A stretch of 64,000 nt of DNA. It comes from Dehalococcoidia bacterium (GTDB lineage: Bacteria > Chloroflexota > Dehalococcoidia > Plut-88900). Where the stretch lies: NCBI GenBank assembly GCA_965207225.1, contig CBDBLV010000005.1, positions 928,001-992,000 of the forward strand, read 5' to 3'. Shown here piece by piece: positions 1-10,117 of the stretch. The translations under genes were made by a program, and so were the position numbers. Every line of letters starts with the position of its first letter. The stretch's first letter is position 1. A model generated the notes under the pieces. The model was not told the DNA's origin, searched no databases, and saw only the letters and a list, made by a program, of their open reading frames with translations.

Positions 1-1
1 A

Positions 2-178
2 GACGGCTTTGCCTCCCAGGTCGTCGACCATGCGCACGGTCTCCGAGGAGTCAAGCAGGTCGCCTATCACAATTGAAGCTCCAGCCTCGGCGAGGACAAT
101 GGCGATGCCACGGCCAATGCCTCGGGCGCCTCCGGTGACTATGGCAACCTGGTTATCGAGTCTCGTTGCGTCTGGCAT
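2..178 (-). CDS. SDR family oxidoreductase, N-terminal part (runs off window)
   Basis: Manual translation MPDATRLDNQVAIVTGGARGIGRGIAIVLAEAGA; TGxxxGIG Rossmann motif; not in ORF track. Confidence 0.85.
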   Translation of the reverse strand, partial: MPDATRLDNQVAIVTGGARGIGRGIAIVLAEAGASIVIGDLLDSSETVRMVDDLGGKAV

Positions 179-186
179 GGCGTTTC

Positions 187-1434
187 CTAGGTTATCCCCT
201 CTTCGCTGAGGGAAGCTATCTCTTCCGAGGTGAGGCCGAGCAACTTCGAGTAGACCATCTCGTTGTCGTAGCCGAGGGCTACCGAGCCCCGCCAGATTTT
301 CCCCGGCGTCTCCGAAAACTTGGGCACGATGCCCGTCCCTTTCACCGTGCGGCCCAGCTGGACGTCATCCCATTCCACGTGCATGTCCCGCATCTCGAAG
401 TGGGGATCGTTGGCCGTATCTTCGGGAGTCATGATGGGGCAGCAGGCGACCTGGGCCTCGTTCATGGTCTCTACGATCTGGTCGACTGTGCGCTCCTCCG
501 CCCAGGCCCGGATGACGGCGTCGAATTCCAGTCCCTCGGGGGTGTAGACGCCTCGGTGGGCTTTCTGCCATTTCTCTTCCTTGGGGTCGAGGCCCAGGAC
601 TTCGCATACTCGGTCGTAGGGCGTGCCGACAGCGGCGATTATCACCCAGCCATCCTTGGCCCGGAACACGTCGTAAGGTTGGAACAGGCCGGCCTTGTTG
701 CCCGACCGTCCCCGGTTCAAACCCATTTCGTAGTATGCGACCATCGTTCCGGCGAGAATCTTGTGTATGGCCTCGTACTGAGCGAGGTCGATGACCTGCC
801 CTTGGCCCGTGCGCTGGGCATGGATATAACCGGCAAGGGAAGACCAGAGGCAGAACCCGGCGGTGATGTAGTCGGCGGTCCAGGGCACGGCGCGGACGGG
901 CGGCTCGGGGTCTGCGAAGCCTGTGAGGTGCATCATACCGCCGAAACCCTGGCCGATGAAATCGTATGAGGCGCGCCCGAGGTAGTCGGGGTGGCCGCTC
1001 TGACCGTATCCCGAGACGTGGCATATGACGATTTTCGGGTTGGCCTTGAGAACTTCTTCGTCGGTGATGCCCCATCGCTTGTAGGCTCCGGGCTTGGAGG
1101 ACTCCATCCAGATGTCGGCCTGGGCAGCGAGTTGAAGAAATAGCTCCTTGCCCCTGGGCTTGGAGAGGTCCAGGGTGACATGAAACATGTTGCGCCGTTC
1201 TTGCACCCAGGCGCTGGCCGTCGAGACTCCGCCCGGGCCCTCCAGAGGGAACTCCAGGTTGCGCCAGACCAAGTCTCCCTGGCCGGGGCGCTCCACCTGG
1301 ATTACCTCGGCGCCCATCTCTGCGGCGAGAAGGGCGGCGAAGGGCTGGGCTATGATTGTGCCGCTGGACAATATCTTGACGCCCTGGAGGGGGCCGAAGG
1401 CCTCGGGAACGAGGGGGGTTGCATCAGGGGTCAT
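187..1434 (-). CDS. Family III CoA-transferase (CaiB/BaiF-like)
   Basis: FGPLQGVKI...IAQPFA..AEMGAEVIQVE N-terminus; catalytic Asp in WTADY. Confidence 0.9.
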   Translation of the reverse strand: MTPDATPLVPEAFGPLQGVKILSSGTIIAQPFAALLAAEMGAEVIQVERPGQGDLVWRNLEFPLEGPGGVSTASAWVQERRNMFHVTLDLSKPRGKELFLQLAAQADIWMESSKPGAYKRWGITDEEVLKANPKIVICHVSGYGQSGHPDYLGRASYDFIGQGFGGMMHLTGFADPEPPVRAVPWTADYITAGFCLWSSLAGYIHAQRTGQGQVIDLAQYEAIHKILAGTMVAYYEMGLNRGRSGNKAGLFQPYDVFRAKDGWVIIAAVGTPYDRVCEVLGLDPKEEKWQKAHRGVYTPEGLEFDAVIRAWAEERTVDQIVETMNEAQVACCPIMTPEDTANDPHFEMRDMHVEWDDVQLGRTVKGTGIVPKFSETPGKIWRGSVALGYDNEMVYSKLLGLTSEEIASLSEEGIT

Positions 1435-1460
1435 AGTGTTCTCCCGTAATGATTAGGCGA

Positions 1461-3113
1461 TCAGTCCTTGGCATAGCGTTGGAGCTCGCGTTGCCGGAGC
1501 TCGACGCGGCGGATCTTGCCGCTGATGGTCTTCGGAAGCTCGGTGACGAACTCTATCTCACGGGGGTACTTGTAGGGAGCTGTGGACTGCTTGACGTGGT
1601 CCTGCAGACTGACGACGAGTTCGTCGGAAGGCACGTGGCCCGGGCTCAAGATTACGAAGGCTTTGACTATATCCCCGCGCACAGGATGAGGGCTGGCTAC
1701 GACCGCCGACTCTGCAACTGCCGGATGCTCTATGAGGGCACTTTCAACTTCAAAGGGGCCGATACGGTATCCGGCGGAGATAATCACGTCGTCGGCGCGG
1801 CCTACGAAATAGTAGTAACCGTCCTCGTCCTTGTAGGCCTTGTCGCCGGTGTAGTACCAGTCGCCGAGGAAGACGCCTCGCGTCGTCTCCTCATTGCGCC
1901 AGTATTCCTGGAACAGGCCGACGGGGCGCTCGGGTTTGACCCGCACGGCTATCTGGCCCTCTTCGCCGGGTGGGAGCTCAACGCCTTCCTCGTTGACGAT
2001 GGAGATATTGAAGCCGGGGGTAGGTTTGCCCATGGATCCGGGGATTACCGGCAGGCAGCGGTAGTTGCCGACCAGGAGGACAGACTCGGTCTGGCCGTAG
2101 CCATCGTAGATGGTGAGGCCAGTGCCGTCGTGCCACTGCTTGATGACTTCCGGGTTCAGAGGCTCACCGGCGCTGGTGCAGTGTCGAAGGCCGGAGAGGT
2201 CGTACTTTGCCAGATCTTCGAGGACGAGGAGTCGGTATACGGTTGGGGGGGCGCAGAAGGAGGTGACGCCGAAGTTGCCGAGGATGTTCAAGGTGACCTC
2301 GGGGTCGAAGCGGCCCTTGGCATCGTGCTGCATAACGGTGGCACCCTGGGTCCACTGGCCGAAGAGTTTGCCGTAGGCTGTTTTGGCCCAGCCAGTGTCG
2401 GAGATGGTCCACTGGAGGTCTGTGGAGCGGAGGTCGTGCCAGAACCTGGCAGTGATAACGTGGGCGAGGCCATAGGAGGCCTGGGTGTGGAGCACCATTT
2501 TCGGGTAGCCGACCGTGCCCGAGGTGAAATACAGCATCAGGGGGTCGTCGCTACGGGTGGGCTCAACGTCTTCCAGGTGTGGGGAGGCTTTGGCCATCTC
2601 GTCATCGTAGGAGAGCCAGCCGGTCCTCGAGCCCCGGGTGGTCATAAGGACCTGGAGCGACGGGCATTGCCCGGCGACCTGGTCGACTTTTGGTGCGTTT
2701 TCTACGTCGGTGATGACGATGGCGGCGTCCGAGGCGTTGATGCGGTATTCGATGTCCCTGGGGGTGCACATGGTTGTGGCGGGCATGGGCAGAACACCCA
2801 GCTTGATCATACCCAGCAGGGCAATGTACCACTCCGGGTTCCGGGGCAGCATCAGGAAGGCGCGATCGCCCTTCTTCAGCCCCTGGGCCCGCAGGATGTT
2901 GGCGAAGCGGTTGGACTGGACTTTAAGGTCCCAGAAGGAGTGGCTTTCGGCGGTGATGCCGTCGGAATCTACGGTGAGGAGAGCTAGCTTGGTGCGGTCC
3001 TCTGCCCACTTGTCAACCACGTCGAAGGCGAAATTGTAGAACTCTGGCACGTCCAGCCGGAAGGATTTATAGGTCTCCTCATAGTTCTCCATGTTCATGG
3101 GAGACTCGGCCAT
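1461..3113 (-). CDS. Medium-chain acyl-CoA synthetase (ACSM-like AMP-binding protein)
   Basis: YFTSGTVGYPK, YGQTES, GRADD, LPKTISGKIRR motifs. Confidence 0.92.
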   Translation of the reverse strand: MAESPMNMENYEETYKSFRLDVPEFYNFAFDVVDKWAEDRTKLALLTVDSDGITAESHSFWDLKVQSNRFANILRAQGLKKGDRAFLMLPRNPEWYIALLGMIKLGVLPMPATTMCTPRDIEYRINASDAAIVITDVENAPKVDQVAGQCPSLQVLMTTRGSRTGWLSYDDEMAKASPHLEDVEPTRSDDPLMLYFTSGTVGYPKMVLHTQASYGLAHVITARFWHDLRSTDLQWTISDTGWAKTAYGKLFGQWTQGATVMQHDAKGRFDPEVTLNILGNFGVTSFCAPPTVYRLLVLEDLAKYDLSGLRHCTSAGEPLNPEVIKQWHDGTGLTIYDGYGQTESVLLVGNYRCLPVIPGSMGKPTPGFNISIVNEEGVELPPGEEGQIAVRVKPERPVGLFQEYWRNEETTRGVFLGDWYYTGDKAYKDEDGYYYFVGRADDVIISAGYRIGPFEVESALIEHPAVAESAVVASPHPVRGDIVKAFVILSPGHVPSDELVVSLQDHVKQSTAPYKYPREIEFVTELPKTISGKIRRVELRQRELQRYAKD

Positions 3114-3184
3114 GAGGTTCCTCCTTCCTTCTTGGTTTCGATAGCAGGCTCGGATATTTACCCGGAAGCGGTCACTGGGGCCGG

Positions 3185-4141
3185 CTACAGGCTCTTGTTG
3201 ATCTCGCTGAGTGCTGCGACAGTGCGCTGTCGAGAGGCTATGGGGTCGGGGCCCGGTGTGACGATGGAGGCGTAGACCTCGTCGGCGCCGTCTTCGAAGA
3301 GGGACTGTACCTGGGAGGCGACGGCGTTCTGGTCGCCGGAGAAGGTGAAGGAGTCGATTAGCTCATCCGAGAGGCCGGAGTCTCGGCTGATGCCGGGGAA
3401 GCCTGCGGCGGCGAACATGTTGATGTAGTACTCGGCGGAGGCGAAGTAGGTAAAGTCCTGCCGGACGGCGGCTCGCACCTCTTCAACGTCTTCGTGGAGA
3501 CAGGTGACGAAGTGGGCGATGAGGGGTGGGGTGGGACGGCCGGCGTTGCGAGCGCCTTCTTCGAGAGCGGGTCGGGCGTAGTCCCGGAGGTAGGGAGGCG
3601 GGCATAGCCAGCTTATTGCGCCGTCTGCGACTTCGCCGCAAGCACGAAAGGCTCCGGTGCCGAGGGCCGAGCCGATGACCGGGACATCGGGAATCGGGGC
3701 GCCGATGCTGGCGTTGGCCCGGTACTGGGTGCCCTGGAAATCGACATTCCCCGTCTGCAGCAGGGATCTGGCGACCTGGATGTACTCCCGCATGTTGGTG
3801 ACGGGCTGCCGGAAGTCGGCGCCGTAGGTCTTTATCATGCCGCCCTTGCCGCTGGGCCCGACCCCGAACCGCAACCTCCCGGGAGCGAGGTTGGCAATGA
3901 CCTGGATCTGCTGGACCGAGTAGACGGGGTGCTGGCCCCAGGTGGGTGTCACGGCGGTACCCATCTTTATGGTGTCGGTGCGGGCGGCGGCTGCGGAGAA
4001 TATGGTAAGGGCGTCGGCGCCGGGGGCCCCGGTAGTGAGCCAGACGGCGGGGATGCCCATGTCTTCCAGGTCCTTGATGCCATGCACGATGGCTCGGGGG
4101 TCTCCGGGTACATTTACTACGCCGACGTTTCTCTCAGACAT
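3185..4141 (-). CDS. LLM-class flavin/F420-dependent oxidoreductase
   Basis: AAAARTDTIKMGTAV, GRLRFGVG, GEVADG motifs of luciferase-like monooxygenases. Confidence 0.88.
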   Translation of the reverse strand: MSERNVGVVNVPGDPRAIVHGIKDLEDMGIPAVWLTTGAPGADALTIFSAAAARTDTIKMGTAVTPTWGQHPVYSVQQIQVIANLAPGRLRFGVGPSGKGGMIKTYGADFRQPVTNMREYIQVARSLLQTGNVDFQGTQYRANASIGAPIPDVPVIGSALGTGAFRACGEVADGAISWLCPPPYLRDYARPALEEGARNAGRPTPPLIAHFVTCLHEDVEEVRAAVRQDFTYFASAEYYINMFAAAGFPGISRDSGLSDELIDSFTFSGDQNAVASQVQSLFEDGADEVYASIVTPGPDPIASRQRTVAALSEINKSL

Positions 4142-4304
4142 TGGGTTCTCCTGGGAAGTTGGGATGCTTTGCCATATTAGCAGGGGAGAGGTGAGGGGTG
4201 GTAGTCCTACCCTGTTTTCACGGTTCCTGGATAACTGCTAACATGTCAGCGGATTTTGGGCCTGACTTGGGCCTTCTTTACATCGCAACAACGGGAGAGA
4301 GAAC

Positions 4305-6209
4305 GTGGTAGAGCAGAGACAGATTGACCACTTGCTGCAGGAGACCGGCGAGATTGAGCCGCCTCCACACCTTGTGGAAAATGCCAACATCCAGGACTAC
4401 GAGACCGAGTATCGGCGCTCCACGGAAGACCCTGAGGGATTCTGGTCGGAGATTGCGTCGGAGCTGGACTGGTTCAAGCCCTGGACCCGGGTCTTCGAGT
4501 GGGACTACCCCAACTTCAAGTGGTTCCCGGACGGCGAGTGTAACATTACCTACAACTGCCTTGACCGGCACCTGTCCGATGGACGTAAGAACAAGGCCGC
4601 GTTCATATGGCTGGGGGAAGATGGCTCGGAAAAGGTGCTGACGTACGGTCGGCTGACACAGCTGGTTAACCGGATGGCCAACGGGCTGAGGGGGCTCGGG
4701 GTGGGTAAAGGAGACCGGGTGGTAATCTACATGCCTCTCACGCCGGAGGGTGTTATCTCCATGCTGGCCTGCGCACGGGTCGGGGCGGTGCACAGCGTAG
4801 TGTATGCGGGTTTCAGCGTCGGGGCGCTGCGGCAGAGAATCCTGGATGCGGAGGCGAAAGTGGTCATTACGGCTGACTACGGATACCGGCGGGGCAAGCC
4901 CGTGGATTTGAAGGGGATTAGCGACGAGGCGTCGAAGGACATCGACCATCTGAAGCACATCATTGTCTGGCGTCGGGAGACGAAGGACGTGGCGCTGAAG
5001 GAGAAAGAGGTCGACTTCGACGACTTGCTGGCCAGCGGGGGTGTCGAGTGCGAGGCCGAGGTGATGAATGCAGAAGACCCGCTGTTCATACTGTACACCA
5101 GCGGCACGACGGGCAAGCCGAAGGGCGTACAGCACGTGCACGGCGGGTTCATGGTCGGGACGTACTACCACTTCCGGTCTTTCTGGGACATGAAGGAAGA
5201 TGACGTCTACTGGTGCACCTCGGATATCGGGTGGGTTGTGGGACACAGCTATATCGTGTATGCGCCCCTGCTCTATGGAGCAACCACGGTCTTCCGAGAA
5301 GGCGCCCCCGACTATCCCGATCCGAGCGCTTTCTACGAGGTAATTGAGAAGTACGGTGTGAACGTCATGTTCACTGCGCCCACGGTGCTCCGGATGCTGA
5401 TGCGCTACGGCGAGCGGCATGCCGAGGGCTACGACCTGAGCACGCTGCGGTTGCTGACCTGTGCGGGTGAACCCCTGAACCCGGAGGCCCAACGCTGGGC
5501 CTATGAGCACCTATGCGGCAACGGCGAGTGGGGCTACATCGTCGATAACTGGTGGCAGACGGAGACGGGCGGGCCGTGCCTCGGGACCATGCCGATTATG
5601 AAGGTCAAGCCGGGAAGGGTGGGAAGGCCATTGCCGGGTGTCGAGATGGACATAGTCGACCGGGAAGGCGTGCCCATCACGGAGCCCGACAAGGGCGGGA
5701 TGCTGGTCATCAAGCGGCCCTTCCCGAGCTTCTTCCGCACCGTCTACGGCGACGCATCCCGGTTCGATAAGGACTGGAATACCATCCCTGGCGTCTATTT
5801 CTCAGGAGACGTAGCCCTACGGGACGCGGAGAACTACTACATGGTGGTGGGTCGGGCGGACGACGTGCTGAACGTGGCAGGCCACCGGATTGGGTCGGCA
5901 GAGGTGGAGAGTGCGCTAGTGTCGCACCCGGCTGTAGCGGAGGCGGCGGTAATCGGGAAGCCGGATGAGATAAAGGGAGAGCAGATCAAGGGGTTTGTGA
6001 CACTGCGGGCCGGGGAGACGGGATCGGACGAGATGGTGAAGGCGCTGAAGCTGCACGTCAGAAAGGAACTCGGACCTATTGCAGTCCCAACAGATATAGA
6101 CTTCACCCCTGTCCTGCCAAAGACGAGGTCAGGTAAGATCATGCGCCGGCTGTTGAAAGCGCAGGAGTTGGGGCTCGACCCCGGAGATATCACGACGCTG
6201 GAGGACTAG
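4305..6209 (+). CDS. acs: Acetate--CoA ligase
   Basis: ILYTSGTTGKPKG, DNWWQTETG, LPKTRSGKIMRR; 634 aa. Confidence 0.93.
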   Translation: MVEQRQIDHLLQETGEIEPPPHLVENANIQDYETEYRRSTEDPEGFWSEIASELDWFKPWTRVFEWDYPNFKWFPDGECNITYNCLDRHLSDGRKNKAAFIWLGEDGSEKVLTYGRLTQLVNRMANGLRGLGVGKGDRVVIYMPLTPEGVISMLACARVGAVHSVVYAGFSVGALRQRILDAEAKVVITADYGYRRGKPVDLKGISDEASKDIDHLKHIIVWRRETKDVALKEKEVDFDDLLASGGVECEAEVMNAEDPLFILYTSGTTGKPKGVQHVHGGFMVGTYYHFRSFWDMKEDDVYWCTSDIGWVVGHSYIVYAPLLYGATTVFREGAPDYPDPSAFYEVIEKYGVNVMFTAPTVLRMLMRYGERHAEGYDLSTLRLLTCAGEPLNPEAQRWAYEHLCGNGEWGYIVDNWWQTETGGPCLGTMPIMKVKPGRVGRPLPGVEMDIVDREGVPITEPDKGGMLVIKRPFPSFFRTVYGDASRFDKDWNTIPGVYFSGDVALRDAENYYMVVGRADDVLNVAGHRIGSAEVESALVSHPAVAEAAVIGKPDEIKGEQIKGFVTLRAGETGSDEMVKALKLHVRKELGPIAVPTDIDFTPVLPKTRSGKIMRRLLKAQELGLDPGDITTLED

Positions 6210-6278
6210 GGCCGGGAGGGAGTCATCGCTACTTCGAGATATTCTGAACAACATGATCCTCGGGGGCCGAAGCCTGAC

Positions 6279-6521
6279 GTGCCCCAGGACCGCACCGCCC
6301 CAGAGTACAGCCATTCCCAGCTGCTGGAATTGACCAGGTGGGTGCTGTCGGACAACGTACCTCGTACAGATGATGAACTGAGAGAAGAGCTAATGAATGA
6401 GCTGGGTCTACGACGCCGGGGCCTGCGAATGAACCTGTACCTGAATACGGCCATATCCAACGCCCGACGGGAGGCCGCGAAGGCTCAAGAGTCGGGCGGG
6501 ATGGAATCGACGGAAACCTAG
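6279..6521 (+). CDS. Small hypothetical protein resembling the C-terminal helical domain of SF1 helicase/Vsr-like nuclease fusion proteins; frame is open upstream to an ATC at 6225
   Basis: RGPKPDVP...EYS..L..L.RW..SD...RTDDEL..ELM.ELGL.RRG pattern; SD-like GGAGGGAG just before 6225. Confidence 0.5.
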   Translation: MPQDRTAPEYSHSQLLELTRWVLSDNVPRTDDELREELMNELGLRRRGLRMNLYLNTAISNARREAAKAQESGGMESTET

Positions 6522-6539
6522 AGGAGCAAGGAGCGGAAG

Positions 6540-7352
6540 ATGAGAGAAGTCCAGCCGGGTCGAGTGCACCTGATAACCGGGGGATATCCGCCGGGCGCCC
6601 TGGCCCAGCATGACATGGACTATGCACGGATTCGGCTCCTGGAACTTCTGGAGGAGAGGGGCGTGCAGGCGACGGTCGGGAATGACTTTACCGACATTGA
6701 GAAATGGCTGCCAGGCACTTCCCTGATGCTGACATATACGGCAGGCCCTTTCTTGAGTGGCGACCAGAATAAGCTGGTACGCAGGTGGATGGAAGACGGG
6801 GGTCGGTGGTTCGGGCTGCATGGGACCAGCGGGGGAAGGGCGAAACGGGTAGAGGGAGAGACGCGACGGATGATGATCAAGTCGGAGCATCACGACACCT
6901 TGGGGAGCTTCTTCATCAGTCATCCGCAGACCAGGAAGTTCCGGGTGGACGTGTCGGGAGCGGACAATCCTCTCACGAAAGGGTTGCCGTCTTCGTTCAT
7001 GACCATCGACGAGCCGTACATGATCGAGATCCAGCACCCGAATGAGACGGAGGTTGTGCTGTCAGCGGAGCTGGGGCCCGATCACTCGGGGTACGGGTTC
7101 ATCTACGATGAGGACACGTCGTTGCAGGCCGATGGCAAGACGCGGATCCTGGCATACACACGGGATGTGGGGAAGGGCGGGGTGGCTTACATAGCACTGG
7201 GGCATTGCCATTCACCGGCCAGCCAGACCAACCATGCTTTCGACGAGACTATCGAGGACCCGGAGTCGATGCCGAAGTCGTTCAGGGCGAGCTGGGAGGT
7301 AGAGGAGTACCTGCAGATGCTACGGAACGGTATCGACTGGGGGGTGGGGTAA
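6540..7352 (+). CDS. ThuA-like domain protein (class I glutamine amidotransferase fold)
   Basis: GLHGTSGG, FISHP, DEPY, GKGGVAYIALGHCH motifs. Confidence 0.8.
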   Translation: MREVQPGRVHLITGGYPPGALAQHDMDYARIRLLELLEERGVQATVGNDFTDIEKWLPGTSLMLTYTAGPFLSGDQNKLVRRWMEDGGRWFGLHGTSGGRAKRVEGETRRMMIKSEHHDTLGSFFISHPQTRKFRVDVSGADNPLTKGLPSSFMTIDEPYMIEIQHPNETEVVLSAELGPDHSGYGFIYDEDTSLQADGKTRILAYTRDVGKGGVAYIALGHCHSPASQTNHAFDETIEDPESMPKSFRASWEVEEYLQMLRNGIDWGVG

Positions 7353-7370
7353 CTCCAGGCGTCTTTGCAG

Positions 7371-8312
7371 TTAGGCCGGTCGGAGGGCGTTGCTGATCAG
7401 GCGAATGTGGTCTCGGCCTATGCCGCAGCAGCCCCCGACTACCCGGGCGCCGAGGCCTATCCATTCTCGCACGAGTTGTACGTAGGCCTCAGGGGTAGTG
7501 ACCTCTTCGTAGTTACGTTGGGGTACGGCGAAGAAGATGCCGGAGTTGGCGTAGGCGGCAAGGGGGCCCTTCCATTTCGAGCGGGCGGCCCTTAGACCGG
7601 GGCTGATGCAGTGAACCTCGCTGTGCATCACGGCGAGCAGGGACCCGCCGATGGCCATGACCTGCTCAAGGGTCTCGATGAAGTCGAGGTCGGATGGGGC
7701 GGTGGCTTCGACCTCGGAGAGCATGTGAAGGTCGCCCTCAGGGGTGAGGGCACAACTGAGGCCGACCCATACGGGAAGACCCGTCTCCAACGCCGCCCTT
7801 AGGAGTGCGCCGCCATGGACGGGCTCCCGAATCATCTCGAGGAGCAGGAAGTCGGCGCCGGCTTCGGCGAGGGTGTGGGCCTGGCGTCGGTAGCTCTCTT
7901 CAATGACGGGGAACGGGAGGAGGGGCCTCTCCCTCCGGCTGAAGGCGTATATCCCAAAGCTGGACAGGGACCCGGCAACCCATATCGGCCTGGTCGGGAC
8001 GGTGCTGTCGATGGCCTCCCTGACGAGTTGGACGGACAGCGCGTTCAGTTCGTCGGCGCGGTCTCCGAGTCCTGCGGCTTCCAGGTTGTGGGGTGAGGAA
8101 GCGTAGGAATTAGAGGTTATGATGTCGGCGCCGGCGTCAATGTAGTCCTGATGGAGGCGGCGCACGGTGTCGGGGTGGGTGCTCAAGGCAGAGGCACACC
8201 ACGCAGGCCCGTTTACGGGCACGCCCATTTTGTCGAGTTCGGTGCCGACCGCTCCGTCGAGGATGAGGGTCGGGCCGGAGTCAAGTCGGGCCTGGAGTTC
8301 GGCTACACCCAC
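7371..8312 (-). CDS. Homocysteine S-methyltransferase family protein
   Basis: ILDGAVGTEL, AGADII, YANSG, VGGCCG. Confidence 0.9.
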   Translation of the reverse strand: MGVAELQARLDSGPTLILDGAVGTELDKMGVPVNGPAWCASALSTHPDTVRRLHQDYIDAGADIITSNSYASSPHNLEAAGLGDRADELNALSVQLVREAIDSTVPTRPIWVAGSLSSFGIYAFSRRERPLLPFPVIEESYRRQAHTLAEAGADFLLLEMIREPVHGGALLRAALETGLPVWVGLSCALTPEGDLHMLSEVEATAPSDLDFIETLEQVMAIGGSLLAVMHSEVHCISPGLRAARSKWKGPLAAYANSGIFFAVPQRNYEEVTTPEAYVQLVREWIGLGARVVGGCCGIGRDHIRLISNALRPA

Positions 8313-9631
8313 GGCGAGTGGCTGTTGTTACTGCCGAAGGTCTTGCCATCCGAGTAGCGGCTGAAGGCGAAGGGCTTGAGGTCGGGGACGTCCTCTCCCA
8401 TGAGGAGCTTTGAGACCAGCTTGCCGAGGCCGATCATTTTGAAGCCGTGGTTGCTATCTTCGATCATGTAGACGTTTGGAGCTACCCAGTCGAGGACGGG
8501 GAGGTTGTCGGGGGTGAAGGCGCCTATGCCGCCGTTGGGGCGCTGCTTGAAGGAAGACCGTATGCCCTCGAAGCGGGACATGGTGGCGCCCATGGCGGCG
8601 CAGAAGTAGTCGGCGAACTCGGGCTCGGCCTGGTAGAGTTCGTTGGCGTGGCCGTAGGGGTCAACGACGGCGTCGGGGCCGATCTTGACGGGGGTTATGC
8701 CGCCCTGGAGGCCAGGCCTTTCCATGCGCTCGTTGGCGTTCTTGAAGTAGACGTAGAGATAGTCCCGGAGCTGTTCGCCGGTGTGCTCATCGTAAACTGG
8801 GGTGCTCATCTTCTCGATGTGGAGGATTGGAGGGTTCTTGCCCTCGGGGGTGAGGTAGGGCTCGTCGAAGTAGACCTCGCCTTCCCGAAGTCTCCAGAAA
8901 GTCCACATATCCTTGTTGACCACGGAGCCGTCGGGGTAAGAGCAGTCGATGTGCGAAGACTTGCCGAGCATGGCCCAGTGCTTAGGGGTCCACGCTCCCA
9001 AGGCCCAGATGACGGCATCGCAGTCGATGTCGCCCTGGTTGGTGGTTACGGCCTTGACGGATCCGGCGCGGGTGTCGTAGCCGGTAACCTCTACGCCGGT
9101 GCGGATTTCCACGCCGTGCTGCTCACACTTCTCGACCAGGCCACGAAGGACGTTCCGAGTACCGACGTAGCCGCTGACGCGTTCGTCGAGGGCTACGTCA
9201 ATGCCCTCGGTCTTGAAGTCGGGCCAGATAGAGGTGAGGAAGTCCCGGGCTTCCTTGCCGACGTAGAGATTGGAAGTGTAGTCGGAGGCCTGATGGGACT
9301 TGTGCATCTTTTCGAAGTCGGGGGTCTGGTTGGCCTCGCCGCAGGAGACATAACCGACCTGCTGGAAGCCGAGGTTGATGGGGTCCGACATCCAGACGTC
9401 GACGCTGTGGCGGAGGATGGGGTGAAGGGCCTCGGTCATGTAGAAGTTGCGGACGTTGCCGCAGGCTACGCCGGTAGCACCCGCCCCGACATGGCTCTTT
9501 TCGAGGATGAGGATGTCGCGGCCGGAGCCCTGGCCCCGGGCCTTTAGTTCCATGGCAAGGTGCCAAGCGGTGCTCATACCGTGGATGCCGGCGCCGACGA
9601 TTACGTATTTTCGAGACTCATTAGTGGGCAT
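8303..9631 (-). CDS. FAD-dependent oxidoreductase, DAO/sarcosine oxidase beta/N-methylglutamate dehydrogenase-like
   Basis: IVGAGIHG FAD motif, GATGVACG, FTPDNLP, SNHGFK; start set at MPTNE after SD GGAGG. Confidence 0.8.
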   Translation of the reverse strand: MPTNESRKYVIVGAGIHGMSTAWHLAMELKARGQGSGRDILILEKSHVGAGATGVACGNVRNFYMTEALHPILRHSVDVWMSDPINLGFQQVGYVSCGEANQTPDFEKMHKSHQASDYTSNLYVGKEARDFLTSIWPDFKTEGIDVALDERVSGYVGTRNVLRGLVEKCEQHGVEIRTGVEVTGYDTRAGSVKAVTTNQGDIDCDAVIWALGAWTPKHWAMLGKSSHIDCSYPDGSVVNKDMWTFWRLREGEVYFDEPYLTPEGKNPPILHIEKMSTPVYDEHTGEQLRDYLYVYFKNANERMERPGLQGGITPVKIGPDAVVDPYGHANELYQAEPEFADYFCAAMGATMSRFEGIRSSFKQRPNGGIGAFTPDNLPVLDWVAPNVYMIEDSNHGFKMIGLGKLVSKLLMGEDVPDLKPFAFSRYSDGKTFGSNNSHSPWV

Positions 9632-9697
9632 GGGACTTCCTCCGGATAGCAAGGGACGCTGAGTTTCGGGGAGTGTAGGGCGGGGTGTGGGGTGGGG

Positions 9698-10117
9698 TCA
9701 AGGGAGGGGGGTGGTGAAGGGGTTGATGACGCGGAGGCCCTGGTAGTCCTGGAGTGGGTTTAGGTCCTCGGTGTATACGACATCGCAGGAGAGGGCTCGG
9801 GCGGCGGCGAGAATGGCGGCATCCCAGTAGGAGATTTGGAAGCGCTGGGAGAAGGATACGGCGGATTGGAAGATCTCGAGGGTGACGGGAAGGATGGGGA
9901 ATTTCAGAATGTCGACCAAGAAATCCAGAGCTTCATGGTGTGTCAAGGGAGCAAATTGGTTAGTGCGGGTGGCCTGATAGTAGAACTCCTGTAGAACTTG
10001 AACGGATATGGCTAGATTGCCTTCGTTCAAAAGCTCCCGGGCGAGCACGCGCTTTCGGGCCTCTTGAGGGATTACGCTTGTTGCGTAAAGGAGAACGTTG
10101 GTATCAACGAAGCGCAT
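9698..10117 (-). CDS. vapC: PIN-domain toxin (VapC family)
   Basis: MRFVDTNVLLY, QVLQEF, SYWDAAI, YTEDL; start overlaps antitoxin stop. Confidence 0.9.
   Translation of the reverse strand: MRFVDTNVLLYATSVIPQEARKRVLARELLNEGNLAISVQVLQEFYYQATRTNQFAPLTHHEALDFLVDILKFPILPVTLEIFQSAVSFSQRFQISYWDAAILAAARALSCDVVYTEDLNPLQDYQGLRVINPFTTPLP

Noticed and set aside
1449-2987. Long antisense ORFs (also 4278..5510, 8447..9547, 18468..20021, 28937..30073, 50876..51934)
   Set aside because: Shadow frames of well-supported genes, expected at high GC
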